From: Gammaproteobacteria bacterium
Lineage (GTDB): Bacteria; Pseudomonadota; Gammaproteobacteria; CBDBNL01; JAAOII01
Direction of reading: 5' to 3'
Assembly: GCA_965209035.1 (NCBI GenBank)
Contig: OZ242372.1
Coordinates: forward strand, 1,472,001 to 1,536,000
DNA: 64,000 bases
Shown here: positions 40,425 to 50,562 of the stretch, piece by piece
How positions within the stretch are numbered: position 1 is the first letter of the stretch
How the letters are laid out: each line of letters opens with the position of its first letter
Position numbers and translations under genes: made by a program
The notes under the pieces: model-generated
Seen by the model: only the letters and a program-made list of their open reading frames with translations
What the model was told of the DNA's origin: nothing
The model's database searches: none

Positions 40425-41262
40425 CTCCCCTCCAAAGGGGCGGATTGCTCTGTTTGCCACTTGCCTGGCGGATATTTTTCGCCCGAGTGTTGCTCTGGCA
40501 AGTTTGAAACTGCTAAGCCGCGCGCACTATGTTGTTGCCCGCTCGTCGCGGCACACCTGTTGCGGTCAGCCCGGCTATAATGCCGGCGAGCCGGCAGCGG
40601 CCGGACGACTTGCAGTTAAGGTTCTTGCGGACTTGGATGCGCTGGAACCCTATGATGCTCTTGTTGTGCCGAGTGCATCCTGTGCCGGTATGATTAAGCA
40701 TCATTATCCGCGCCTTTGCCGCGGGAAAGATAAGATGCGCGCCGAAAAACTTGCGGCCAAGACTTGGGAACTGACCGAGTTCATGCACGCAAACTCTGTG
40801 CCGGTTTTTCCGGCGAACAACTCATCCGCATCGGCTGTCCCGCCGGAGCGGGTCATTTTGCATGACAACTGTGCCGGCCTGCGCGAACTTGGTATTACGA
40901 AGGCGCCGCGACAACTGTTACGCGCCTGTTGTGGTACCGAGCCGCTGAGCCCCGTCAAGTCCGCAGACTGTTGCGGGTTTGGCGGAACCTTTTGTGTGAA
41001 GTATCCGCAAATTTCGGCGCGCATGGCGGACAACAAACTCAATGCGATGGCGGATGCGAGTGGCTCGGATCAGCAACCGGCGACCGTAGTCTCCACTGAC
41101 CTGGGTTGCCTGTTACATCTTGCCGGTCGGGCGACAAGACGCAATCTGAACTTGCGTTTTTATCATATTGCCGAGTTCCTTGCCGGAGTTCGGAATAGGA
41201 TCCGACCGATCATGGAACATACCACCGCGGCCGGGGCATCTTTGTCCTTAAAAAAGAAATGA
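40384..41262 (+). CDS. lutA: L-lactate utilization Fe-S protein A (LutA/YkgE/LldE)
   Basis: LFATCLAD, TCCGQPGYNAG, CCGFGGTF and DLGCLLHL (two CCG domains). Confidence 0.9.
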   Translation: MRLSGRRLISLAADSPPKGRIALFATCLADIFRPSVALASLKLLSRAHYVVARSSRHTCCGQPGYNAGEPAAAGRLAVKVLADLDALEPYDALVVPSASCAGMIKHHYPRLCRGKDKMRAEKLAAKTWELTEFMHANSVPVFPANNSSASAVPPERVILHDNCAGLRELGITKAPRQLLRACCGTEPLSPVKSADCCGFGGTFCVKYPQISARMADNKLNAMADASGSDQQPATVVSTDLGCLLHLAGRATRRNLNLRFYHIAEFLAGVRNRIRPIMEHTTAAGASLSLKKK

Positions 41263-42686
41263 TTCCCGCCACGGAAAACTTTGTGCAATCCGCGGAAGCG
41301 GCGTTGAAGAACCGGAATCTTGCCGAGGCCCTGGCGCGCAGCGGCAGCGGGTTTATTGACAAACGCAGTCACGCCCTTGCCGAAATAGAAAATTTTGAGG
41401 AGTTGCGCGCCCGAGGTGCGGCGATTAAAGACAAGGTGTTGGATCGCCATGCGCATTATTTGTCGCGTTTCGAAGAACGCGCAATTGCCGGCGGAGCCAA
41501 GGTGCATTGGGCGAGAGACGGCTCGGAACTTAACCGGATTGTTTCGGGCATTTGCAAGAGACATGCGGCGAAGCGTATTATTAAAGGCAAGAGTATGGTC
41601 GCCGAGGAGTGCGGGCTTAACGAAGCGTTAATTCGCGACGGTTACTGGGTCACGGAGACCGACCTGGGCGAGTACATCATTCAACTGGCGGGTGAGACTC
41701 CCAGCCATATTGTTGCTCCGGCGGTGCATAAGACCAAAGAGGAGGTTTCCGATTTGTTTCTGCGCCACCATGATCTCGGCGAGCGTTCTTTGAAAACGCG
41801 TCCGGAAATGGTGAACGAGGCGCGCCGGGTCCTGCGCGATTCTTATCTTGAGGCGGATGTCGGCATTACGGGTGCCAATTTTTTGATAGCCGATATCGGC
41901 GGCATGATGTTGGTGACGAACGAGGGCAACGGCGACCTTTGTGCGCGGCTGCCGCGAGTTCATATCGCGATTGCCGGCATAGAAAAATTAGCCCCGAACT
42001 TGGAGGACGCTTTTTGTCTGCTGCGGTTATTGACCCGCAGTGCGACAGGCCAGCCGATCACTTCCTATGTCAGTATCCTGCGCGGGCCGGCCGCGGCCGA
42101 AGATGCGGACGGCCCGAGCGAACTGCACTATGTGTTGCTGGACGGCGGCCGCAGCGAGATTGCCGCAGGCCCCATGCGATCCGTGTTGCGTTGTATTCGT
42201 TGCGGTGCTTGTATGAATCATTGTCCGGTGTATACTTCCGTCGGCGGGCACGCATACGGTTGGGTGTATCCGGGTCCTTTGGGTGCGGTTCTGACACCCT
42301 TGCTGACGGACACACATGCGGCGCGTCATCTGCCAAACGTCTCCAGTTTTTGCGGAAGATGCGCGGAGGTCTGCCCGGTAAAAATTCCGCTGCCGGATCT
42401 GATGCGGCAACTGCGCGACTCGGATACCGACAAGGGCGGCTGGCTCCGGCGGATGGGAATGCGATTGTATATGCGGGCCGCCTTGCATCCCCGGCTGTTT
42501 CGTTTTCTTTCCCGCGGGTTGGCGGCGGTGTTGCGGATGGTTGCCGGCAAGCACAAACAACAACTTCCGTTTGGAGCGGCGGCCGGCTGGTTGTCGGTGC
42601 GCGATCTTCCCGCACCTCAATCCGAACGCGAACTTGCCGAGTTGCGTGCCGAAGTTGCCGATATGACCGGGGACGGCGGAAAATAA
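41259..42686 (+). CDS. lutB: L-lactate utilization protein B (LutB/YkgF/LldF)
   Basis: ETDLGEYIIQL, PSHIVAPAVH, CIRCGACMNHCP and CGRCAEVCPVKIP motifs. Confidence 0.95.
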   Translation: MIPATENFVQSAEAALKNRNLAEALARSGSGFIDKRSHALAEIENFEELRARGAAIKDKVLDRHAHYLSRFEERAIAGGAKVHWARDGSELNRIVSGICKRHAAKRIIKGKSMVAEECGLNEALIRDGYWVTETDLGEYIIQLAGETPSHIVAPAVHKTKEEVSDLFLRHHDLGERSLKTRPEMVNEARRVLRDSYLEADVGITGANFLIADIGGMMLVTNEGNGDLCARLPRVHIAIAGIEKLAPNLEDAFCLLRLLTRSATGQPITSYVSILRGPAAAEDADGPSELHYVLLDGGRSEIAAGPMRSVLRCIRCGACMNHCPVYTSVGGHAYGWVYPGPLGAVLTPLLTDTHAARHLPNVSSFCGRCAEVCPVKIPLPDLMRQLRDSDTDKGGWLRRMGMRLYMRAALHPRLFRFLSRGLAAVLRMVAGKHKQQLPFGAAAGWLSVRDLPAPQSERELAELRAEVADMTGDGGK

Positions 42687-42696
42687 TTTTAAGCAA

Positions 42697-43551
42697 ATGA
42701 AAGAAGCGCGCGCGGAAATTCTTGGAAAGTTGCGGTCAGCCAATTCGGCGGAGAATTTACCGCTGCCGGAGTTACGACCTTCTTATGCATTTATGCGCGG
42801 TCTGCCCGCCGGCGAGGAGTTGGTGCGACTTTTTGTGTCTCGCGCGGAAAAGGCGGGGGCGCGGGTTTTGTATGCCGAGCATATGCATGAAATTCCGATG
42901 GTGTTGAATGCTGTTTGGCAGCCCACTCGGAAGGCGGGCAATCACCGTGCGAGGCAGTCTTCCCGGTCTCCCGGCGGCGAAATGCTCCCGGTGAGTGCGG
43001 TATGTCCCCCGGCTGTGCAATCGGCAGAAACAACGAGGAAAACGGGGATAACAGGAACAACAGGGACAACAGAGGCAACAGGAACAACAGAAGCAAAGCA
43101 CTCTGTGAACGAAGAAAACGGCGCGACAAACCGGGAGCGGATGAAAGACATGAAAGGCAGGGAAGACATAACGGATGCATCCGGTATTGTCACCTTGCCC
43201 TGGAAGGATGCCGGATACGCCCTGTCTCCCTATGAACGAACAGGTAATATTCCGCGTGCGGTCGGCTTTGCCTTTGCCGGTTTGGCGGAGACTGGCAGTC
43301 TGGCGGTTGGGTCTTCTCCCGTTTCGCCGGCCGGTCTGTATTTTTTGGCGGACAGCCTGTGTGTTTTGTTGCGGCGCGGGAGTATTTTCCCGATGGCGGA
43401 GGACTTGATCCGGACGGGCTTGCCGCGGTCGTCTGTGATACATTTAATCACCGGTCCCTCGCGCACCGCCGACATAGAACAGACGACCGAAATCGGCGCA
43501 CACGGTCCGCGCGAACTGGTGATCGTGTTGTTTGGAAAGAGAGACAGTTGA
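42697..43551 (+). CDS. lutC: L-lactate utilization protein C (LutC/YkgG) with a low-complexity insertion
   Basis: AETGSL and LITGPSRTADIE..GAHGP motifs; Thr/Gly 9-bp repeat insert at about 43046-43095. Confidence 0.88.
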   Translation: MKEARAEILGKLRSANSAENLPLPELRPSYAFMRGLPAGEELVRLFVSRAEKAGARVLYAEHMHEIPMVLNAVWQPTRKAGNHRARQSSRSPGGEMLPVSAVCPPAVQSAETTRKTGITGTTGTTEATGTTEAKHSVNEENGATNRERMKDMKGREDITDASGIVTLPWKDAGYALSPYERTGNIPRAVGFAFAGLAETGSLAVGSSPVSPAGLYFLADSLCVLLRRGSIFPMAEDLIRTGLPRSSVIHLITGPSRTADIEQTTEIGAHGPRELVIVLFGKRDS

Positions 43552-43558
43552 GCGTGAT

Positions 43559-44773
43559 ATGAATCAACAAAATAAACCACAAGATTCCAAAAGAAAGCCG
43601 AAGACATCGAAGATATCGAAGACATCGATGACAGCCGGGCAGGAAGGGCAGGAAGGGCAGAAAAGGCAGAAAGGACAAGAAAGGCAAAAAGGGCAGGAAG
43701 GGCAAAAAGAGGGACGCGCCAAAAAATCGATTCGCTATGCGGATGCGGGAGTGCATATCGGCAGGGCGAATCACTTTGTCCGTTTTTTGACGGACAGAAC
43801 AAGCGCTTGGGATCAAGAAGAAAGAGGGGTGATTGGCGGCATTGGAGGATTCGCCGCCTTAAGAGATATCTCCGACAAACTAAAAGGCATTAAAAAACAG
43901 GTTCTCGTGATGGCAACCGACGGGGTCGGCACCAAACTGGAACTTGCAAAAACGACCGAGCATCACAAGGCTATCGGAACGGACCTGGTTGCGATGTGTG
44001 TCAATGATTTAATTTGTAGCGGGGCGACGCCTTTGTTCTTTTTGGATTACTATGCAACGGGCAAATTAAATCTGACGCGCGCCAAGGCATTTGCGGAAGG
44101 ATTGTTGCGAGGATGCGAACAGTCGGGGTGTAGCCTGGTCGGCGGGGAGACAGCCGAAATGCCCGGCTTTTATCCGGATAACAAGTATGATGTGGCGGGG
44201 TTTTGTGTGGGGATTGCGGATGGCGACAAGTTGATCCGCCCGAGCGGCAAGGCGGGCGATGTCTTGATAGGGCTTCCATCCTCGGGAGTGCATGCGAACG
44301 GGTTTTCGTTGGTGCGCCGATTAATCCAAGAAAAGCGTCTGGCCTTGTCCGCCCGGGTTAAGGGGAATAACGGCAACCTGACAACTGTCAACAAGGCATT
44401 GATGGAGCCGACACGCATTTATGTGTCCGCCGTAAAAAAGGTCGCCGATCAATTTAACTTGTTGGGAATTGCACACATCACGGGCGGCGGGATTACCGGA
44501 AACCTTGCGCGTATCCTGCCGAAGGGTATCGGCGCGGATATTAAAAGAGATGTACTGAAGAAGTTACCGGCCGCGCCTCTTTTTGAGATGCTGCAAGGGG
44601 CATCCGGTCAGTCGGATGCGGAGATGCTGAAAACATTCAACTGCGGTGTCGGGATGATCTTGGTAGTACCCGCCACTAAGGAAAAATCTGTTTTGCAAGC
44701 TCTTACGGATTTGGGTGAGATGTCTCTTTCCATTGGGACCCTCTCTTCGGGAGGAAGAATCCGTCAAGTTTAA
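43559..44773 (+). CDS. purM: Phosphoribosylformylglycinamidine cyclo-ligase (AIR synthetase) with a repetitive N-terminal extension
   Basis: YADAGV, TDGVGTK, GGETAEMPG, AHITGGG and TFNCGVG motifs. Confidence 0.96.
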   Translation: MNQQNKPQDSKRKPKTSKISKTSMTAGQEGQEGQKRQKGQERQKGQEGQKEGRAKKSIRYADAGVHIGRANHFVRFLTDRTSAWDQEERGVIGGIGGFAALRDISDKLKGIKKQVLVMATDGVGTKLELAKTTEHHKAIGTDLVAMCVNDLICSGATPLFFLDYYATGKLNLTRAKAFAEGLLRGCEQSGCSLVGGETAEMPGFYPDNKYDVAGFCVGIADGDKLIRPSGKAGDVLIGLPSSGVHANGFSLVRRLIQEKRLALSARVKGNNGNLTTVNKALMEPTRIYVSAVKKVADQFNLLGIAHITGGGITGNLARILPKGIGADIKRDVLKKLPAAPLFEMLQGASGQSDAEMLKTFNCGVGMILVVPATKEKSVLQALTDLGEMSLSIGTLSSGGRIRQV

Positions 44774-45012
44774 GAGGTCTTAAGAGATCTTTTAAGAGGC
44801 ATTAAAAAAAGAGAAAAGAGGCATTAAGAAAGATAAAAGATAAGAGTTGATAGCCGGAGGCACCTGCGGACTTTTGGCGGGATACTTATCGGTCTCGAAC
44901 AAGCGCGGGTTTCGGAAGTAGAATATACCCATATGTGACCAGTCGGAGACGATCGAAACTTTAACCAATAAAGAACCAGTGAAAGAGCAATAAAAAAACT
45001 AATGAAAAACTA

Positions 45013-45678
45013 ATGAAGAAAATATCCGTTTTGATTTCCGGGCGCGGTTCTAATATGTTGGCATTGCATGATGCCATTTGCCAAAAAGAAATTCCCGCCA
45101 AAATTTCCCGTGTCATCGCCGATAGGGAAAATACTCCCGGTATTGCCTTGGCACAAAAAGAGGGGCTGCCTTGCTCGGTTGTTGCAAGAAAGGCGTTTGC
45201 GTCCCGGGACGAGTTTGAAGAAGCACTGACACAAACCTTGGCGGAGGCACAACCCGATTTGATCGTCTTGGCGGGTTTTATGCGGCTTCTTTCGCGCGAA
45301 TTTGCGGAGTCTCACCCGAATATGATCAACATCCATCCCGCATTGCTTCCAAAGTATCGCGGGCTAAATACGCATGCCCGTGTTCTTGAAAGTGGCGACA
45401 GAGTGCACGGGGCGACCGTGCATTATGTGATCCCGGAATTGGATGCGGGCCCCATCCTGCTGCAAAAACGAATTCGGGTGCCGGAAGACGACGATGCCGA
45501 ATCTTTGGCTGCACGATTGTTGCCGTTTGAGCATCGTTGTTTGGTGCTTGCCGTTCGTTTGATCTGTGAAGATCAAGTTCAATATTTTCCGGGGGAAGGA
45601 CGGATTAAATTGAACGGAAAGCCTTTGGATGCGCGCGGGATTGTTTACGGACCGGATGAAGAAATAACATGGCAATAA
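45013..45678 (+). CDS. purN: Phosphoribosylglycinamide formyltransferase
   Basis: LISGRGSNM, LAGFMR, NIHPALLP and HGATVH..LDAGP motifs. Confidence 0.97.
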   Translation: MKKISVLISGRGSNMLALHDAICQKEIPAKISRVIADRENTPGIALAQKEGLPCSVVARKAFASRDEFEEALTQTLAEAQPDLIVLAGFMRLLSREFAESHPNMINIHPALLPKYRGLNTHARVLESGDRVHGATVHYVIPELDAGPILLQKRIRVPEDDDAESLAARLLPFEHRCLVLAVRLICEDQVQYFPGEGRIKLNGKPLDARGIVYGPDEEITWQ

Positions 45679-45691
45679 CAGGGCAAAAAAA

Positions 45692-46324
45692 ATGAAGCGT
45701 GTCTTTTTGGCATCCGGCAATCCGAACAAGTTACGCGAGATCAGAGAGATCATCCCGGATGTTACGGTGCTGTCTGTTCGGGAGCTGCCGCCGGCAACCG
45801 TTTTGAAGGAGCCGGCCGAAACAGCGTCCACCTTCGCCGAGAACGCGCTCATCAAAGCGCGTTGGGGTACGCGTCTGTCTTCCATGCCGTCGCTGGCGGA
45901 CGATTCCGGTTTGATTGTGCCGGCACTCGGGGGTGCGCCGGGGGTGCACTCGGCACGCTATGCGGGCGCAGATAAAGACGACAAGGCAAACTGTCAAAAA
46001 CTATTAAAAGAAATGCACAAAGCCGAGAGCAACATTGCCGTGTCGTCTTCCAAACAGGCGGATTTTTCCAAGGCATACTTTTATTGCGTTCTCGTGTTGC
46101 TGCGTCACCCGGAGGATCCCGCGCCCGTTATTTGCGGCGCGCGCTGGCGCGGCAGAATTGGCCGAGAGCCGAGAGGCGCGAACGGCTTTGGCTATGATCC
46201 GATTTTTCATCCCGATGAACATCCCGAAAAGACGGCGGCCGAATTACCCGCCGAAACGAAGAACAAACTCAGTCATCGCGCCCGTGCCCTCGCCAAACTT
46301 GCCGTGTTTCTTAAGAGCAATTAG
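45692..46324 (+). CDS. rdgB: dITP/XTP pyrophosphatase (HAM1 family)
   Basis: ASGNPNKLRE, TFAENALIKA, ADDSGL, GFGYDPIF and SHRARA motifs. Confidence 0.96.
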   Translation: MKRVFLASGNPNKLREIREIIPDVTVLSVRELPPATVLKEPAETASTFAENALIKARWGTRLSSMPSLADDSGLIVPALGGAPGVHSARYAGADKDDKANCQKLLKEMHKAESNIAVSSSKQADFSKAYFYCVLVLLRHPEDPAPVICGARWRGRIGREPRGANGFGYDPIFHPDEHPEKTAAELPAETKNKLSHRARALAKLAVFLKSN

Positions 46325-46461
46325 CATCCCGCGAAGTTTCGGTGGCATGGGTATGATACATAGATGCATACATATATAGATAGATAGGGTTGGCGACGAG
46401 TCCTGTTGCCTATCGACGAATTGAGAGGTTAATCTTTGAACCGGCTCTCCCTGTTTGGTGC

Positions 46462-46471
46462 GGGGGGGGGG
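46462..46471. repeat. G10 homopolymer upstream of the orphan methyltransferase
   Basis: 10 consecutive G followed by ATTATACAA, 48 bp before the ATG at 46520. Confidence 0.85.
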
Positions 46472-46519
46472 ATTATACAACAGGGATGAATAGAGAGACA
46501 CACACTTTATAATAAAAAC

Positions 46520-47836
46520 ATGCGCGATAAACAGAGCCGGGAAGAACTCATTGGCTTTCCCGTAGATCCCACTTTCGGCACATCCATCGACCGGCGTGAC
46601 AGGACACGCCAAGGACGCTACTACACACCCCAACCATTGGCAGATCTTTGCTATGAGTTGCTTTTGCCGCATATGTCGCCCCGAACAATTGTACTGGACA
46701 GCTCCGCAGGCCACGGCTCTTTCGTCAGAGACGAATGGCTGTCTCATAGCATCCTTGCGGATATTGATTCGCAAGCCATTAGCAGATTGCAAGAACAATA
46801 TGCGGGTTGCCGTATGATACTGCGGGAAAATGCTCTTACCGATGTATCCCGGCAAAAGTACGGACTCTCCGCCGCTGACCATCTTGTCATTATTGGAAAT
46901 CCTCCGTATAACGACAGGACTTCCAAAAATAAACGAGAGCAGAAGGGGGATCAGTCGTTTCGGACGGATGCGGACATCCGCAAGCGCGATCTGGGGATGT
47001 CTTTTTTGCTGAGTTATGCCAAACTGCATGCGACCACAATTTGTGTCCTGCATCCGCTTTCCTACCTGATAAAACCCACAAATTTTGCCGCCCTGTCCGG
47101 TTTTTATCGCGATTATCGGCTGCATGACGGGGTTGTTTTTTCCAGCCGTATGTTCAACGGCACTCAGGGGACCGCTTTTCCAATCCTTGCGGCCTTGTAT
47201 CAAAGAGTCGCCGAAGGCGATGCGGGTATGCATTATGAACAGGTTCGCAATTTTCGGTTTAAGGTTTTGGGCGGTGAGCCGCAGCCGGAATTGGTGTGCG
47301 GGCATCTTGAAACCATAGACGGCTATATCCGCAAGTACCCCCCGCGTAAAACGGACAGACACGATTCGGACATAGGATTATATTTTTACAATTTCCGCGA
47401 TGCCAATTCCCTGTTCACTTCCGCCAACTGGACGGAAAGAACGGACTTTCAAAAGCATATCACTGTCCACCGGCGTGATTTTTATAAGTACGCCTACCTG
47501 AGTTGTTATAAACGATACTTCCCGCGTCATTATTTGTTCGGTAATTTTTCTCCTTTGGTGAAAAGGGACGACTTGGAAAGTTCCTCGTTTCTCAAGGCCG
47601 GCTGCATTTTGGATACGGCACTTAATCACCCCAAAGTTAAACGATTTCAAACAGACTCTTTCCGAAGATGGATAAAAGCGGAAGTCCGCAATCTCTTGAA
47701 GTCGGACAACACTTCCAAGAGTCAAAAAATTAAAAAAGATCTTTTGCGAGATGACAAAATTCCGGCGAATACTTACGAAGGCGAGATCAGAAATTACTTC
47801 CAACAAATGCTAACCGAAGTATCGGCAGTGGCATAG
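46520..47836 (+). CDS. Orphan N6-adenine DNA methyltransferase (gamma class; M.PabI/M.HpyAXII-like)
   Basis: GRYYTP (motif X), LDSSAGHGSF (motif I), IIGNPPYNDRTS (motif IV), RDLGMSFL and CVLHPLSYLIK. Confidence 0.82.
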   Translation: MRDKQSREELIGFPVDPTFGTSIDRRDRTRQGRYYTPQPLADLCYELLLPHMSPRTIVLDSSAGHGSFVRDEWLSHSILADIDSQAISRLQEQYAGCRMILRENALTDVSRQKYGLSAADHLVIIGNPPYNDRTSKNKREQKGDQSFRTDADIRKRDLGMSFLLSYAKLHATTICVLHPLSYLIKPTNFAALSGFYRDYRLHDGVVFSSRMFNGTQGTAFPILAALYQRVAEGDAGMHYEQVRNFRFKVLGGEPQPELVCGHLETIDGYIRKYPPRKTDRHDSDIGLYFYNFRDANSLFTSANWTERTDFQKHITVHRRDFYKYAYLSCYKRYFPRHYLFGNFSPLVKRDDLESSSFLKAGCILDTALNHPKVKRFQTDSFRRWIKAEVRNLLKSDNTSKSQKIKKDLLRDDKIPANTYEGEIRNYFQQMLTEVSAVA

Positions 47837-47846
47837 GGCCTGATAT

Positions 47847-47872
47847 GGCTGCCGGCATGGCCGGCGGTTGTT
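47847..47872. terminator. Probable bidirectional hairpin terminator between the MTase and topA
   Basis: GCTGCCGGC-ATG-GCCGGCGGT stem followed by TGTTTT, between convergent stops. Confidence 0.5.
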
Positions 47873-47880
47873 TTATAGTT

Positions 47881-50526
47881 TTATACGCTTGGCGGCGGCG
47901 GCATTTGGACCCGGCTTTTAATAGGCCGCGGCTTTTCTTTGGTGATATTCCAATGGTTGTTTTGGTAATAGGCACGCCAGCCGGTATCTTTGTCGTCCTT
48001 GACGGATAAAAGATAAGTTTGCCGTTTTTTGCGACTGTAACGAATCTGGGTCGGGTTGCCGTCTTCGTCGGTTACGGGTGCTTCCGTCAGGTAGTGGAAC
48101 TTGTCCGCCAGTTGATCTTTGTAGGGCAGCAGTTCGCCAATCCAGAGAGTGCGCGCCTCGCGGCGTTTCGGGAAACCGGGTGCCGCCAAAAACAGTCCCA
48201 ACTGCCCTTCGCGCAGAATGTAATTTGCATCCGGGTACTTGACGCACGGGATCTCCGTCTGCACAGGCCGCATGACCGGCGGCGCGGGCATGCCGTTTTT
48301 TAGAAGTTTGCGCTTATTGTCGCATTTGTCGCAGGCATAGTATTTGCCGAACCTGCCGCTGAGCAGTTTCATTTCTCCGCCGCAGCGTTCGCACTCCAAG
48401 GTTTCTGTCTTCGGCATCAGTGCCGAGAAATCTCCTTGCTCTGTTTCTATGTTGTCGCAATCCGGGTTGTTTTCACAAATGAACAGTTTATTTTTGGCAT
48501 CCACCACATAACCCAGCATGGGTGCGCCGCATTTTTCGCATTGGCGATGTTCTTCGGGCGGTTGTTCCGGTAACTCGGTTTCTGTTTCGCTCGGTCCGGC
48601 CGGCACCCGTTCCGGCCCGCCTGCGGATTGCAAGTTAATCGTATGTCGGCATTGATTTTCCTTGTCCTCGTAACCGGTGCAGGCAACGAATATTCCCTGA
48701 CTGCTGTTGCGGATCACCGTGTCGCGGCCGCACTTGGGACAGGGCAAACCGGTCGGGATGGGGCGGTTTCTTTTCATTCCCGGGGCATCCTCCGTGTCGG
48801 CCTTCTCCAGCAGGTCTATAAACTCCGCATAAAAATTGTCGAGCAGTTTGTGCCAATTTTGTTCGCCTTCCGCGACGTCATCCAACTGCTCTTCCATCTT
48901 GGCGGTGAAGTCGTAATCCAGGATGTTCTCAAAATTGTGTTTCAGTCGGTCTGTGACGATCTCGGCAATCTTTTCGGCATAAAACCTTTTTTGATGCAGG
49001 TAAACATAGCCGCGCTCCTGAATCGTCGAGATGATGGGCGCGTAGGTTGAAGGACGACCAATGGAGCGTTTTTCCAGTTCGCGCACCAGAGACGCTTCGC
49101 CATAGCGCGGCGGCGGTTTGGTCCAATGTTGTTGTGGCAACAACTCCAGGATGCTGATTTCCTGACCCTCCCGTAAATCCGGCAGAATGTTGTCGGTCTC
49201 TTTGGTTGTCTGCCAAACTTTTAAGAAACCGTCAAATTCTTGTTTGCGCCCGTTTGCTTTTAATTGATAGTTGTTTGCTTCGGCGATAACCCGCATCGTC
49301 AGAAATTGGGCATCGCTCATCTGGCAAGCGACAAAGCGCCTGCGGATTAAATCATACAACTTCCTCTCGGTTTCGCCAAACTTGCCCGATAATTTTTCCC
49401 CCGCCAGGTTCGGACGAGTGGGACGAATCGCTTCGTGTGCCTGCTGTGCCGTTTGTTTTCCTCTTTTGTAGTAGCGTGTTGTTTCGGGCAGATACTTGTC
49501 GCCGAATGCCTTTTTGATGTATGCCCGACATGCTTTGAGTGAACCCGCGCTCATGTTAAATGAATCGGTACGCATATAGGTGATATGACCGGCTTCGTAC
49601 AGTTTTTGGGCCGCGATCATAGTGCGCTTGACGGTGAAGCCGAGCACAGAAGAAGCGCTTTGCTGCAAGGTGGATGTAATGAAGGGAGGCAGCGGGCGTT
49701 GGGCTTGTTTTTTGCGCATGACTTCGATGATTCGCGGCGAAGTATCTTTTAGGGCATCCACGGCGGCATCCGTTTCTTCCTTGGTCTTTGGCTTAAAAGA
49801 TTTCCCGTCTTTTTTGAAGACTTCCATTAGAAACGATTCGTTTTTGTTGGCTTCCACCCGGGCATTTAATTCCCAAAATTCTTCCGGAACAAACCGGCGA
49901 ATTTCTTTTTCGCGCTCCACAATCAGGCGAACCGCCACAGACTGCACACGCCCGGCGGAAAGGCCGCGCGCGATTTTTTTCCAGAGAAGGGGAGAGAGCA
50001 TATAACCGACAACCCGGTCCAGAAAACGGCGCGCCTGCTGTGCCGATACTTTGTTTTGGTCAATTTCTTCCGGCCGGGAGAAGGATTTTTCAATGGCATC
50101 TTTGGTTATTTCGGAGAAGGTGACTCGTTTGTATTGTCGTTTTTCTCCCAGTAGCTTGCTGAGATGCCAGGCAATCGCTTCGCCTTCGCGATCTTGGTCC
50201 GTTGCCAGATAGATAGCGGGAGCCTTGCTTGCCAATTTCTTGAGTTTGGCGATCACTTCCGTTTTGTTCGGCAGAACCCGGTAGTCCGCCAGCCATTTTT
50301 TATAGGGGTTTACGCCCATGGAGCGAATAATTTTTGCGTATTTTTCTCCTTCCGGCGGCACTTCCGGCATGCCTTCGTCTTTCTTGCGTGCTCGTCCGCC
50401 GCTGCCGGAGGTGGGGAGATCGCGCACATGCCCGATGCAAGAATGCACTTCATAGTTGTCGCCGAGGTACTGATTGATGGTTTTTGCCTTTGCCGGCGAT
50501 TCCACGATAACCAAAGATTTACTCAT
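47881..50526 (-). CDS. topA: DNA topoisomerase I with C-terminal zinc ribbons
   Basis: LVIVESPAKAKTI, ATDQDREGE, SAGRVQS, ITYMRTDS and GRPSTYA motifs; CxxC repeats. Confidence 0.98.
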   Translation of the reverse strand: MSKSLVIVESPAKAKTINQYLGDNYEVHSCIGHVRDLPTSGSGGRARKKDEGMPEVPPEGEKYAKIIRSMGVNPYKKWLADYRVLPNKTEVIAKLKKLASKAPAIYLATDQDREGEAIAWHLSKLLGEKRQYKRVTFSEITKDAIEKSFSRPEEIDQNKVSAQQARRFLDRVVGYMLSPLLWKKIARGLSAGRVQSVAVRLIVEREKEIRRFVPEEFWELNARVEANKNESFLMEVFKKDGKSFKPKTKEETDAAVDALKDTSPRIIEVMRKKQAQRPLPPFITSTLQQSASSVLGFTVKRTMIAAQKLYEAGHITYMRTDSFNMSAGSLKACRAYIKKAFGDKYLPETTRYYKRGKQTAQQAHEAIRPTRPNLAGEKLSGKFGETERKLYDLIRRRFVACQMSDAQFLTMRVIAEANNYQLKANGRKQEFDGFLKVWQTTKETDNILPDLREGQEISILELLPQQHWTKPPPRYGEASLVRELEKRSIGRPSTYAPIISTIQERGYVYLHQKRFYAEKIAEIVTDRLKHNFENILDYDFTAKMEEQLDDVAEGEQNWHKLLDNFYAEFIDLLEKADTEDAPGMKRNRPIPTGLPCPKCGRDTVIRNSSQGIFVACTGYEDKENQCRHTINLQSAGGPERVPAGPSETETELPEQPPEEHRQCEKCGAPMLGYVVDAKNKLFICENNPDCDNIETEQGDFSALMPKTETLECERCGGEMKLLSGRFGKYYACDKCDNKRKLLKNGMPAPPVMRPVQTEIPCVKYPDANYILREGQLGLFLAAPGFPKRREARTLWIGELLPYKDQLADKFHYLTEAPVTDEDGNPTQIRYSRKKRQTYLLSVKDDKDTGWRAYYQNNHWNITKEKPRPIKSRVQMPPPPSV

Positions 50527-50562
50527 ATACAAAGAATAGGGTAATTGTTCTATTAATTCAAC

